DNA of 48,580 nt, filler included, from Dimargaris cristalligena (lineage: Eukaryota), in assembly GCA_003614675.1 (NCBI GenBank). It is 2 parts of 2 records of this genome, joined end to end, with 100 filler letters (N's around TTAATTAATTAA, not from the genome) between each part and the next. Parts side by side here need not be neighbours in the genome. Positions count along the whole stretch, not along the records: positions 24,362 to 48,580 come from ML002593.1; 1 more part is not named here. One strand, written 5' to 3'. Of this stretch, positions 24,908-37,736 are shown one piece after another. Under the pieces are notes generated by a model. That model had not been told where the DNA came from and did no database searches. It saw nothing but the letters and a program-made list of their open reading frames with translations. Both the position numbers and the translations under genes were made by a program. Position 1 is the first letter of the stretch. Every line of letters starts with the position of its first letter.

Positions 24908-27900
24908 TTAAGCCCAGCCGTAACCGGCCAACACTTTCCGCTGATGGTCACTCATGGTAGCCCACAGGTTGGTCTTAATCTGATCGGGGCAAGCGGCGAG
25001 GCAATGCTGGAAAGCCTGGACGATCCGCTGAAGGAGGGCGTCAGACACAGTAAGCTCGGCGGCCAAGAACTGGGCGAAGATCTCCACTAAACGGGTCACT
25101 GCCGCGGGGGTGGGGGTGGCTAAGGGGTTGCCCGCTTCGCCTCCGCCCATGACGACGGGGTGCCGTTGGTCGAGTAATTCGAGCAGATATTCGTAGACGG
25201 CGGGGCATTCTTCCTCGTCGTGCAGGATAGGCAGGTGGGAGAGCCAGAGGGGCAGGACGGTAGTGGCCAGTTGGTCCACCCGGGAACTGTTGTACCGGGC
25301 AATTTTAGCGAGGGCCGCGATGGCATTATCGTACACGTACATATGGTCAGGCTTCTGGGCCTCGGGGCCATTCAGGAGCGCCATGAGGTGGGGCACGGCG
25401 TGGGCACAGGCGTCAGCATAGGCGGGGCCACCGTACTGGGCGGCCACTCCGATACCGTACACGGCGGCCTGGCGGATATCCAGTTCAGGGTCGCTCAGGG
25501 CCGCCAGGAGGCTGGGCAGGAAATGCTGGTGGTAGTTCCACGAGGCGGGACCGGTGAATTCAATGAGATCGTCGAACACACAGATGGCCCACTGGCGGGC
25601 ACTAGAACTGCCGGCGTCCTGCAGGAAAGTGAGCACCATAGGCACTAACTGGTCAAAGTGGGGCAGGAAGGCGGGGCCGTGGCAGACGAAGACCTTCTGG
25701 ATGGCCTTGGCCACTTCGGCCATGAGCGACTCGTCAGCCCCCTCCAACTCTTCCATTTCACCCCCTTCCTCGGGGTCGTAGTCTTCTTGGCCCGCCCGCT
25801 CCTCCCGGCGCTCCTGACTCCGGTTGCAGTAGCCGCGGCTCTGGGTAAGCACACCCTTGACGAATTTGTCGAGGTTCTCGGCATTCAGTTGCAGGGCCGG
25901 GGGGTTGGGGCCGCTGGGGATATCGCGGTGCAGCACGGTGAGGCAGTCGGTGAAGCTGGTGTACAGTTCGGAACCGAAGAAGGGATCAGCTTCGTCGAAC
26001 ATGGCGTTCAGCAACTTGGTGCTGATGGTGGTCCAGGCACCCACCACGTACTGCTCGGCGTTAGCGGTCTGCTGGGGCTGGCCCTGCTGGCTAATCAGCT
26101 TGTAGTGCTGGTAGATGCTACCCAAGACCTGGGGTAGCGTATGGGCCGCGGCAGTCTTGACACCTTCGTGGAAGTGGAACTTAAGCAGGGGCAGGACAAT
26201 CTCCAGAATCTGGTCGGCGTAGGGTTGGAAACCAGCACCCAATTGCCGGGCGTAGCAAATGAGCATCTCCACGGCGGTGCATTTTTCCTCCAGGTATGAG
26301 GTGCGCATACCAATTTGTTTACCATTGAAGGTGACGAATTCCCAGCCGTCTTCGGGCGAGTACTGGGAATCGGCATCCTCATCCAGATCCAGCACAGCAA
26401 AGTCGGGCTTCAGGGAGGCCGAGCGCAGCAGGGGAGGCATAACGACTGAAAGGTAGGGCGCAAAGTCGTTCTCCATAACCTTGCACATACGGGCCCAGGC
26501 GGCCAACAAGTAGGCAATCTGGGGATCGTCGGCTTCAGTCACGTTCTGCTGGATGGTGGAGAGGAGTTGGACCAACTGCTCGGCATGGGGTCCCATAGTG
26601 TTCTTGCCGACAGCCAGGGCAATCAAAGTGGCGCATTCGATGGTCTTACCGCGTAGCATGCGGTACTCCTTCGGGGCGGCCTGTTCAATCACGTTCAACA
26701 GCATAGGCATGATGGTGCTGTAGTACTTGACGAATTTCTGCTCGGCGCTATCGGCTACCGTGGCAATGGAGGTGACGGCCTGTTCCTGCACGTAGCGGAG
26801 CGGGGACTTGAGAAGCGTGAGCAGGTTTTCGAGCAGAGTATCGAGGTAGGGCTCTAGGACAGCCTGGGTGGCTTCCTCGCAGAAATTGACCAGGGCGGCG
26901 GCGGCGTGGGCCTGAACGCGGGGGCAGTCGGGATCCTGGAGGGCGGGGATGAGGTGGGACAGGACCAGTTCGTGGTACTTGGGCTGGATGGTAGAGGGGA
27001 AGTCGGTGGACAGTTGGCCGACACAGTTGCAGGCGGCGTAGCGAACCCGTGGGTGGGGATCCTTGAAGTAGGGCACCACCAACTGCAGAATGGAGCCGAG
27101 TTCACGCTCCATGGGCTTGGCGCAACCTTCACCAATGGCCGAGATGGCCATCAGACCGGCGTGGCGTTGGGGCCATTTGGGCGAGCCCAGGAAGGTGGGG
27201 ATGAGGTTGAACGAGATGGGCAAAACGTACTTGCCACCCAGGGCCCGGGCCAAACGGTCCATGGCCTGTTCACCGAGGCAGTAGTTGGCTTCGGCGTCAT
27301 CGTCGTCATTATCGAGGTTGTCGACGGTGTACCACGACTTGTCCTCCTCGGATTCGTCTAGTTCGGTCATCATGGCCAGGGCCACGGGCACAAAGCTTTC
27401 GCAGAAGTTGGGGGTCTTGCGGGCCATACCGGGATTGGCCTCGGCCAAAGTCAGGGGCAGCTCGAGGGCGGTCTGGCGGGTGCTGTCCTCCAACTCGGTG
27501 TTGCCGCACACCTGGACGCAGAAGGCCATGATGTCGGACAGGACGGGGCGAAAGGGTTTGGCGTGGTGTTCGGCGAGTTCCACCAGGGCGGTGAAGGTCT
27601 CGACCAGACGGGTTTCATCCCCGCTGGCCAGGAGGGGCTGTAGGGTATTCAACATGGCGGGAATCCAGTCGTTGCACTGGCCCCGGGTCTGTTCGTCTAC
27701 TTCAGCCAGGTAGGCAGCACAGGCCTGGACGGCCGCTAGGCGCACGGCTGAGTCGGCGTCCTGGAGCCCGGCACCGTAGGTGGGTTTGATGGATTCCAAG
27801 GACTGACCGCTCGGGAGCTCGGGTACCGAGGCAAAAATGCGGAATACGGCGGCCCGTTGGGCGGCCGACTGGGCCTGGAGGTTAGCGGCCAAGGTCTGGA

Positions 27901-28597
27901 GAAGCTCAGGCCAATCTTGGCCCATGTTGACCAGGTAGCGGGCTACCTCGGACACAGTGTCGGAGAGCTTATGCACAACCAGGACATTGGGTTCCTGGCT
28001 CAGGGCGATCAACAGGCCGGACTGGCAAAGGCACGGACATCGGGCTGAATATTTTGGTAGAGAGCCAGGGCACCATTCTGCTCGTCCTGGGAGGTGAGGC
28101 GGAAAGCCACTCGCCGGAACAGAATAGCGGAAAAAGAACGAAGCTGGAGGGATAGCGGCGGACATAAAGTACAGCAGAAAGGCATTCATCGGGATTAGAA
28201 GGAGTAATAGATAAAGTTGAGGACCACTGTGATCCAGGGATGGACATATATGCATTTATTGACCACCGCATATAATGGCCCGAATACTAGAATTTTTTTA
28301 AATATATATATATCGAGTGCAGCGATAGGCCCGGCGGGAATTAATAGTTTTTACGCGGGGAAAGAGGTGGGAAGTAGGAACAGTAGTAGCCTAGCCGACA
28401 CGCTAACTTACCAGGACGTCGGGGTTAGATTTCATGATCTGGACCAAGGCAGCCACCAGGGTGTCGGGCTGGCCAAGAACCCATTCTTTATTGAGGCTCT
28501 CCTCGGCCTGGGTTCGCAGGGCATTGTCGTTACTGGCCAGGTGCACCAGCAGGGGCTGGAGGTGCTGGGCAGCGTCGGTATAGTCGGAAGAGGCCAT
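24908..28597 (-). CDS. PSE1: Importin beta-3 / karyopherin Pse1-Kap121 (IPO5 orthologue), HEAT repeats; 2 exons; apparent -1 frameshift at ~28028
   Basis: Exon 1 is 28597-28412 (DNALRTQAEESLN, GTAAGT donor). Exon 2 starts at 28143 (ctccAG|LRSFSAILFRR). Motifs GEQAMDRLARALGG, WPQRHAGLMAISAIGEGC, DPHPRVRYAACNCVGQLSTDF, LRGKTIECATLIALAVGK, EEKCTAVEML, RQWAICVFDDLIEF, RQAAVYGIGV. Confidence 0.9.
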
Positions 28598-29815
28598 GGC
28601 TAAGTCGTAAGTACAGATGCTGGCGGAGTAGATGAATATAGTAAGAGGCAGGCCCTATGAAACTCCCGGGATAAGCAAATGGGAAGGGGGATTAGAACTA
28701 TAATATTAAAGCTAGATAAAGAGAAAGCAAAAAAAGGCCAACTATCCTGGAAGGAAAGGGTTACAGACTGATAGAGGAAAAAGCCCCGGCTGAAGTTGTT
28801 GCATACAGTGGTGAATAAAAGTGGGGGGCGGCAACCGCTGGTAAAAAACTGGAGTAACCAACCATAGTGGCTGCGAAAAAAAAAATAGCATGGCAATTGT
28901 ACCGCCCTATGAAGAAGACAATTGATCACTACTACTTTATTATTATCACCCGTCCCCTGCTCCGATTTCTCGAAATTACCTCCTCTTGCCTCGTTTATAG
29001 AGGTTATCGGACTAGGCGAACCACAGGGCGTTAACTGCCCACCAGTCTCCCAACTGGTATCGAAGCAGGGGAGAGGGACTGTTTTACCCGGCTTTTCGAC
29101 GGCCGCCACTTGCTACTGCAGCCATCCAAAGATATGGGCTTTAATGGGCCAATTACCGGATGCTTCGCATTTACTGGCTTGGTCAACTCGCCCCCGCTCA
29201 TGTCTAGGTCACAGTGGGCAATACTGGTGGTGAAGGGGTGAGTGTGCCTGAGCACGATGCGTGCAGTCCAGTTGGTGTGGGGTATTATTATAATAGTAGG
29301 ATTGGGTCTAGCCGATGCCCACCTAAATATCCACCACGGCCGGGGGGCTCTTCGATAGGAAAATGCAACCTAGTCGTCCCATGGGACAAAACCACCTCCT
29401 ACAATATTGGAAACGAAGCCACTCCCATCAAGTATCTCTCCTAATAGGCTAGTCAGCTGTGGGACAAGGCGGCGTCATTGGGGGCCAGCGAATCTAATTC
29501 GTCCACCAACCCCTCCCACTAAAGACCACACCAGCAAGGCTTGAGGTTAAAAATGGCCATTTCACTTGTATATGTCCCGCTGTGGGATATTATTGCCAAA
29601 GTCATGGTCAATCAATGGGCCAAGGCAGGAAGGATTGTTGAACGCAAGACTCTTTTGAAGACGAAGTAGGTGGGTGGTACTCAAGGTGAATCACCACCAC
29701 TACCACTACTACCACCCTTCGAGGCCCTTATACTCTTTCTATTTCGTTTTTATTTGCTCGCCCTTGTACCCAGGGCATGTTCCAGTTCTCCTTCTAACCA
29801 CCCCAACCACCCACC

Positions 29816-30289
29816 ATGTCGACCAGCCGTGTTGATAATGACAAGGATATTGTAATATTCATGCCCCCTGTCGATCCCGACAAGCCCGAGCGCCCCGTGG
29901 ATCCAGTCACCGGCGAGATCAACTGGGACTGTCCCTGCATGCAAGGCTATGTTCATGGGCCATGTGGCGACTCATTCCGTACCGCCTATAGCTGTTACAT
30001 TGAAGCCAGTTCCAGCGAAGACGCACTGGACGGGTGCGCCGATAAGTTCCGAGCCATGCAGGCTTGCTTCGACGACTATCCCCAGTTTTACAAAGACGAT
30101 GGTCCTGCCATCGAAGATAAAGACGACGGCGATGACGATGACGAGGATAATGTCGATAGCCAAAAGGATAGCAGTGCCACCGATCCAAAGGCCGAGGATC
30201 CGATTAACTCATCGACGGGAGTCGACCAAGAATCGGATAATGCACCCCAGTCACCAGAATCATCCGGAATCAACAATGTCGTGGATTAA
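29816..30289 (+). CDS. MIA40: Mitochondrial intermembrane-space import oxidoreductase Mia40/CHCHD4, short soluble form, 157 aa
   Basis: GEINWDCPC followed by twin CX9C (GPCGDSFRTAYSC ... CADKFRAMQACF); acidic tail. Confidence 0.92.
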   Translation: MSTSRVDNDKDIVIFMPPVDPDKPERPVDPVTGEINWDCPCMQGYVHGPCGDSFRTAYSCYIEASSSEDALDGCADKFRAMQACFDDYPQFYKDDGPAIEDKDDGDDDDEDNVDSQKDSSATDPKAEDPINSSTGVDQESDNAPQSPESSGINNVVD

Positions 30290-31838
30290 TCAGGTGAAGT
30301 CTCGCCTCCCCCTCTCAGCTCCTGCTTTGGGTCACCCACCTGGATACCCTCCCCCCCGGAATTCTAATGAATACATTTGTTTAAAGCGAAGGTATCATTA
30401 AAATACGATACCCATTCCCTTGCTCACTTCACTTCCAAAAGAACGGTGTTAGACCCCGCCCTGTCACATGCTCCTTAGTTATTTTTTTAACCGCTAGTCT
30501 TGAATGAGACTATTAACTGTATATTTCAACATTGGGGTGTGATTTCTTTAAAAAAAACCACCGTATTAGAACACCGCCATTTCGAGGCACCATAAACTAT
30601 TCTCGCAACTCGCTTGTGACTATTAATGGTAATATCTCTAAATACCGACAGTATTGCAGACCAGAGTTGAGCGAAACGAAGAAGGTTCAGTGTATGGCCG
30701 GGTAGGCAGCTTATAATCAGCAGGCCTTTGGAGCTTTCGTATGTCAAATCACCCATCTCCATATCCAGCAATTGGCTACTCCAGACGATTACCGTTGCAC
30801 GTTGGGCGCACCAACCAGTGGCTCACAGTGTGGTCCGCGCGGTCCGCAAATTCATCCCCCGGGCTGGCCATTTTAGTATAAACAAATTAGTAATCAGATA
30901 GTCGCATGCCTTAACTATACAAGTGTCGTTGGGGTAAATGTCACTAGTATTTCTAACACACTACTGGCAATTGCTACGGAGATATGCCAATAACATTATA
31001 ATGACCGTTTATCTTACCTTAAGCATCCACTGACATAAATATGCCATATGGCTTTGGTCAATGGGTCGGGCGAAACTCGTAGTGAAGCACTGAATCCCCC
31101 AGGTTTTATTCACATACTCGTCCTTAATCAGCTTGAGTCACGAGTCCTTGGCTGAACATTTTCAACCCCCCATCTCACTTGTTTCACCCAAAATAATATA
31201 TAAATTAGTATATTACGCCCCATAACCCCAACTTATACCAAAGAGAATGCAGAAAAATGCCGTACATAATTGAGGTAAGGCGGGGTGGATACTTTTCCAT
31301 AATTGGGTGTAGCCATTCATTCGATACATAAATTCGGACTACATGGACGGGGAAGTTGAAGAGTCTTCTAACCTCCGATACACATGTCCTCGTCCTACAT
31401 TGAATATGGGCGGTGTTCTCAAAGGCCAGGGATATTATAATATAGTGTATAAAGAAAGAGGGAGAGAGAGAAAGGAATACTGCAGCCAATACATCAAAAA
31501 AACGATGTTGAATACCAGCTTGGGCTTGGGGAGGGGGAGCACAAGGACCCTTTACTCTCGCTATAGACGGAACATAGCCACCAAAGCAAACTGCAGCTAA
31601 GAATTTTCGATTATTTATAGGTGTCGCCGTATCCGCCACCTCAAGTAGAGCGTCCCGTTTTTCCTTTCTAAGCCGCTGCCTATGAGTAAATTTGTTGCTC
31701 AAAGTATTTTTATATTTTCTCCTTTCGAGCTATTCAACATCCTATATTTAAGCTGCACATCTCAAAAAAGAGTGTTGCCGTTTTTCGAGTATTCCGACCG
31801 TTCTACCCTTACACCACCAGCTCTCACGATATAGCCAA

Positions 31839-33378
31839 ATGAAGGTCTATACAATTGTTGTATCCATCGGGGCATTGGCCTACTGCAGTTCTTGGGCCAC
31901 GGCTGGTATCCCACCGCAATCCTCAACTTCCCAGTTTCCGTCGTTCGACGAGCAGCTTCAGGAGGCTTTGGGTTTGGAAAACCCCCAAGAAGGCTCCAAC
32001 GTAAAGTCCCGCCTAGAAACAATTAACCAGGTAAGTATTTCAATTATTTCGAGGTGCAGATGCGGCGTCCCCGCCGGATAATGGATCCATGAGAGGCCAT
32101 TTTCAAATTGAACAAAACCGTTCTAAATATCAAGGTGCGGACAGTATCGGCCTTGTCATTTGTGTTTCCGTCGAATACACTGGACATCGGCCTCGCATCT
32201 GTGTACTCTAAAAACTAGTTCATGTTGAACACATATTCCCTTCCCTCACCCAAGAAGACTAAATGTCCCTTTTTTTAACCACTCCGTGTCCTTTTTGATA
32301 GAGCTACGCCCAGCTCCATGTCTATTTTAGTGTGACGAACACTGGGCAGGTCGGAAACGATCCACTGGAACTTATCCAACCCTTTATCGAAGCCTTTATA
32401 AAACCCACCCTAGTGGAGAAAATTATTCTGCCCCAGTTAGCGGCCAGTGCCCAACCTTCAAAAAACGCACAGAGCACCAAGGCACGGGTCATGCCACCGC
32501 CTAGTTCGTATCAGCCCTACGGGCCCCCGGTTAGCCGCGCTCAGCCTAGTTATTCCAACGGCAACTATCGACGTCCTTGGGAGCAGTCATCCCTACCATT
32601 CCGAGTATTCCAGACCAGTCTCAATGACCTGGCGAGTGGCCGAACAACCTCCAAATGGCCTGCCCGGACCGTGACTCTGGCGCAACTTGACCCTAGTGTA
32701 CTCCAGGCCTTTTTACCTCTAATTTACTACGCCCGCCAACCCGAGAGCACACCGTGGTTGGTGAGTCTAGTACGCTACCTACGCAGCGCCAAATTTCTGC
32801 AGTGGGTTGCTCTTCAGCAGTCCGAATGGCTGGCCGCTTCCTTCATTAACCCCTCGGAGGATTCCCGGGTCGCTGCGATAGTCCATGAAGTCACCCCAGC
32901 CGACTTGGTGGATGCCCTGGCCAAGAGTGTGACTGAGTCGGTGGTTCTGGCCTTGGTAGATAATGGCCAGCCTGATAATTTAAACCAATTGATCCAGGGC
33001 AGTGGGATGAGCGGAAGCCGCAATACTCTGCCCTCTACGGATACATCCCTGTCGGACCAACACCAGCAGGTACTTCGTCATTTGGCTTATATGGCCAGCT
33101 ACGAACTCCATGCCAATTTGGTTACTACTACCAGTGCCTTGGGTATGACCACACGGCAAGTATTATTCGACTGTGCCATTGAAAATGGCTGGTTCCAAGC
33201 CAGTGCGGCTGTCAGGCCGCCAATTCCGCCAAACACTCCGGTGGCGAATTGCTCATTGAAACTACCCAACGATATGGCGGTTTTCTTATCCAGTTCTGGA
33301 CAAACTGCCCTTCGGTACTATCTACCAACCTTGGCCTCCAACTCAAACACGCTGAGGACCCTCCACCCGCCCCAATAG
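31839..33378 (+). CDS. Orphan secreted protein, 2 exons, ~422 aa
   Basis: Signal peptide MKVYTIVVSIGALAYCSSWATA. Exons 31839-32030 (CAG|GTAAGT) and 32302-33378 (ttttgaTAG|), phase 0, in frame. TATA-like tatattta near 31743. Confidence 0.75.
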
Positions 33379-34839
33379 GCTTAGGGATATTTTCTCTAAA
33401 TGTAGATTTCTATATTGCCCTACCCTTACATTGTTTGCACTTTACAAAAATGAATGGGGTAGAGTGCCTAGTCAGCGAGTTTTTTAGCGGTATTTTGCCA
33501 CCAGTATACAGTATTCAATAAATAGTGAGGTGGTATTAAGTCAAGTTGGCATGGAATTCCACCATTGTAATTAGACGTATACATCTGTTCAGCCATCCTT
33601 TAATGTGATGTGTGCCAATGTATAATGTCCAATAAGGGCTTGTGATATTAAGCTGGGATACTACGATGTCCAAAGGTCAAAGTACCTAGTTGTCTAGCTG
33701 TCTAGGCATTTCTCTAAAGGAGATTTTCAAACAATAGTCTCAATTTGGCACCCTTTTCACTCCACCTTCATTATTTTTCGGTTAGGGAAAGTCATGAATT
33801 CAGCATAGTCGGGTAAAGGCACGGGTGTGTAGGGTTTCATTCCCGCATCCACCTTTTTGCATTCCTATTGCCTTTCTCTAGTCTAGCCGAACTAATGGAC
33901 TAGTGCTTGTTTATAATAACACCGGGATAGCTTACCTTATCACAGGATACCTATTTTTATACTTAGCATGCACCAGGGCCATTCACACTTCCTAATTAGG
34001 GGCCGTAATACTTTTTTACCCTGACCAACTGTGAGCTGACTGCCTTCTTCTTGTAGATGAAATACGGCCACCGAACCTCGCCTGCGTTGGTACACCGACC
34101 GTTTAGCAGAGCGTGTAATTATAGTCCTGCCCTCTGTATTCCGCCGACACTCCCGCGATGGGACTCTTGAGCACTTCATATGTCTCACCGGAGGGGATTT
34201 TGCATAGTAATTGGAGTCATGGTATAGGTGTATAATTGGTATATTTTATAGGATTACTAAAGGTAAGGGAACTCCCCAAAACCCGGGAGAGGCGGAAACA
34301 CATGGCTTTGATACCAGCCGATGGGGGTAGCAAGCCCTCTTGTTCTTTCGGTTGTTACACTAACTATATTATTGCTTGGGTGGGACATTGCAAAACAACT
34401 GAAGCAGGCGATGCTACGGCAGGGAATTTCGGAATAGAATCACCCCGTTCTAATTAAATTTTGGCCATTGTAACACGTCTCCCAGTAATGCTGTGGCCTA
34501 ATTACCAATGCACACTCTTCGTGATCCCAGACCACCGCCATTGTTACACCTATGGCCAATGGGTAGCCAGACTCTTTCCCAATATCCCAAACCAGCAATG
34601 CGCAAAGTGGCTAATGTAGCGGACTAATTGCCGACACTCACCCGTCCCCCTATTATCATTCCGGCTCAGCTTGGAGGGCAGGCCGAGTCCCCGAATACAA
34701 AAATATGTTATAAATAAGGGAGACATAGCTCCTCCTTTGAACAGACAAGCGATTACATCCCGACTTGTTATCTTACCATTCCACCCTTTACCCTTTACTC
34801 CACACCATTCACCCCCTCTCTCCCTAGCCTTGCTCATAA

Positions 34840-34847
34840 TATAAAAA
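34840..34847 (+). promoter_or_regulatory. TATA box of the 34951 gene
   Basis: TATAAAAA about 110 nt upstream of the ATG, after a pyrimidine tract. Confidence 0.5.
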
Positions 34848-34950
34848 GGAATTCCTCATCATTAGTGCCACCTTTCCTTGATACTTACTTTCCGTCAACT
34901 TAGATATTCTTATACACCCCACCTTTTGTTCAACACCCCTTTGCTTCACT

Positions 34951-35843
34951 ATGCAGCCTCTGTCTATGAACGTTCTCGGCCTAGCCATCCTTGGGTTTGC
35001 TGTCAGCTCCCAGGTGCAAAACGCCATGGCTCTTCCTGTGAATGGGGAACATGACACCAACGGACTTGGCTTCTCGGCCGGCTCCCAAAACCCTCAAGCC
35101 GGCTCTTTTGGGAGACTCTTTGGAAATGCCGGTCAAGGCTACGGACAACAGTATAGAGTAAGTACAAAGAAATGTCCGGTTTATTGTTTACCGGGCTTTA
35201 GGGTCGATTAGGATCCCTTTAGCCATCTAATCGCTGGCTGAGCCATATCTTCGCCGGTGTTGGGGGAGATTCATGTAAAAAATCAAGTAGATGCTACTTG
35301 TTTAATATCATCACAAATGTATATCGAGCCTTTATGTCCCGAACCCCCAAACCCATAGCTGGCACTATTGAGGAATGGGCGTAAGTTGGCAAAGTAGGCC
35401 CCTTACACACTGAATACAAGTCTCGCCCATAGAATACCAGCGGCAGCCTCAGTTCCACTGGCAGGCATACTGGGTGTTCTTTCTTTCTAATGGATGGGTA
35501 GTTAACTTAGTATGCACTACTTGATGTAAATGGTGTTCTATCGGAAACATAGCAAAACGCCGCACTCTTTGGCGACAGTATCGAGCCCAACAAGGAAACT
35601 ATGGACGAATTGGAGCGAGGCCGGAAAACGACACTGAAATACCTGCTCGGAAAGCACTTGTCTACTGATTCTTCGGACCAACCTCCCTCTACCTTTCTTT
35701 CGGGCCAACAGCCCTCTATTTTTGATCATGAGGCCGCAGGAGTTAACTTAAATGCCGACAAAATTAAAGAAGAAAGGCTCAAGATGTACAATGCTCTGGT
35801 AGGTTTTCCCAACCAGCAGCCTTCTGATCAAAAACAGGTCTAA
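34951..35843 (+). CDS. Small orphan secreted protein, 2 exons, ~165 aa
   Basis: Signal peptide MQPLSMNVLGLAILGFAVSSQVQNAMA-LP. Exons 34951-35157 (GTAAGT) and 35553-35843 (caTAG|QNAALFGD...), in frame with ORF 35601-35843. Confidence 0.72.
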
Positions 35844-36642
35844 AGTTATTTTATATGGCCCACCCCCTTTCCACACTTGGTCAATTTTTCTGGTAAAGTT
35901 GGACTTGTTTCAATAAATGTAGTGGCCATAGCCCCATGTCTACTTGCCCTTTGGAAATTGCATATTGAGCACCCTTGGTCGTAGAGCAATGAACCAGTAG
36001 TTGCTAGAATTCTGACGCTTAAGAGGAGAGGTATCAGAGAACACTCAAAATTAGTCTGCAAAGGGTGCTTTGAAGATTAAAACAGTGGTTGATATTATAT
36101 AGAAGGGCGAGTTTGCTAGTAAATGGGGGTATTGGGTGTGACTAAGTAACTGTGGAGTAACTATGGGATTTAGTACAGATATATATAGTCCAGCTGAATA
36201 ATGGTAAATACATAGAAACAGCACAAAGTACGTGGGAAGGTGCTACTGTATGGTAAGATATGACTTGGGAGGTCAATTAAAATGAAATTAGTAATATACT
36301 ATTTTGCATATGTGAATAATGGGGTGGTGATGGCTGAAGGAAGGTGATTCCTTAGTAATTGAATTCCTGTGCCATATTGGTTATTAAGCACAGTAATCAG
36401 TTAGGTCAAGAGTAATACACCATGCCCTATTTCTAATAATAATATGCTTCAACATGTGGTAGTTCAAATATAACCAGGTAATTGTTTACTTCATACACCT
36501 CCCATAAAAGGTTTTACCAATTGCCTTTTACTTGCCTATTATCTCACACATGTCCATGTACACATATTATAGGGATTTTCTAGATATACATCAGCATCAG
36601 CCTACCTATTTAACCTAAATCCAGCCTAGTTTAGGCTTGCAA

Positions 36643-36930
36643 CTCTATAAGGCCTTATTGTACCTTATTAGCTTTCCCATGGCTACACCAAGTACTATGG
36701 GATTACTAGATATTATATATACCCTTTCCTCTACTTAGACTCTACTCTTTATCCTAATTACTCCCATGTAGATCTGAAGTCTCTTCCAGCTACCAACAAA
36801 GTCTTCCAGTTACCATCAGAGTCTTCTAGATACCAGTAGATGTCTAGCCAGCCTATATACCTATCCCTCTGGTCTAAATAGTATTCTCCCTCAGGTCCTC
36901 CCTCTGGAGTTATCCCTGTATATATATATA
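36643..36930 (+). repeat. Dispersed repeat family B, diverged copy (left arm of an inverted pair)
   Basis: Aligns to the reverse complement of 37433-37698, e.g. GTCTTCCAGTTACCATCAGAGTCTTC and GGTCCTCCCTCTGGAGTTATCCC. Confidence 0.75.
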
Positions 36931-37432
36931 GTAGGTCTATATTAGCTATCACCCGAGTTTACCACTCTTAGTCCATCAAGAGTCCTGGGGATAGGCTTCT
37001 AATGGCAGGTAGGGCTTTAGACTCAGCCAAGCAGGCTACTAGTGTTAGGTATGGGGTACAATACTAACCAATATAGGCCTAGGTGATTAGTTATGCAAGG
37101 GACATGCAGTGGGCACACTTATGGGTCAGTATAAGGGGGTGAGTGTATATAAAGTTTATTGGAGTAAACTGGGGGGTAAGACTAAGCTAAGGAATCTAGT
37201 ATTGGAGTAACCACAGATTCTCTTAATTATAATCTGAGATAGACTAAAGATAAAGTTTATTTTAAGATAGATAGAAGTAAGAAAGAACCGCAAGATGAGA
37301 ATTAAGCTCATTACAGTGGTATTTATTGGGTGTAGTTTTGACCAATAGGATCACTCAAAATACCCAATACAGTAAATGGTACTCGGGGGGGAGATGCAGT
37401 CCAACATCTAGCTGGTCCCAATGGGGCCCAGT

Positions 37433-37736
37433 TATATATATATGGGGGATAACTCCAGAGGGAGGACCCCAAAGGAGAATCCTACTAAGACTAAGGTATA
37501 GATAAATAGGCCAACTGGATAATTGTTAGGACCTGGAAGACTCTAATGGTAACTGGAAGAGTCTTTGGATCAGCAATTGAGTGATTAGTATAAAGAGGCA
37601 GAGTCCAGAAGGGGAAGGGTTATATGATATAGGATGATCCCATAGTACCAGGGGTGACTATGGGAAGGTTAATATGGCGCTATAAGGCCTAATAAGGGTG
37701 GATGTTATGGTATCTAGATTAAGATGGATTAGATGG
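37433..37736 (-). repeat. Dispersed repeat family B (right arm of the inverted pair)
   Basis: Reverse complement matches both 36643-36930 and 48441-48580. Confidence 0.8.

Noticed and set aside
28144-28255. Hydrophobic N-terminus MHICPSL...LYLLLLLIP of the 1115-aa ORF as a signal peptide on the importin
   Set aside because: It is translated intron sequence; the real start is exon 1 at 28597.
30526-31702. ORFs between MIA40 and the secreted gene
   Set aside because: Mostly non-ATG starts, no domain and no splice support.
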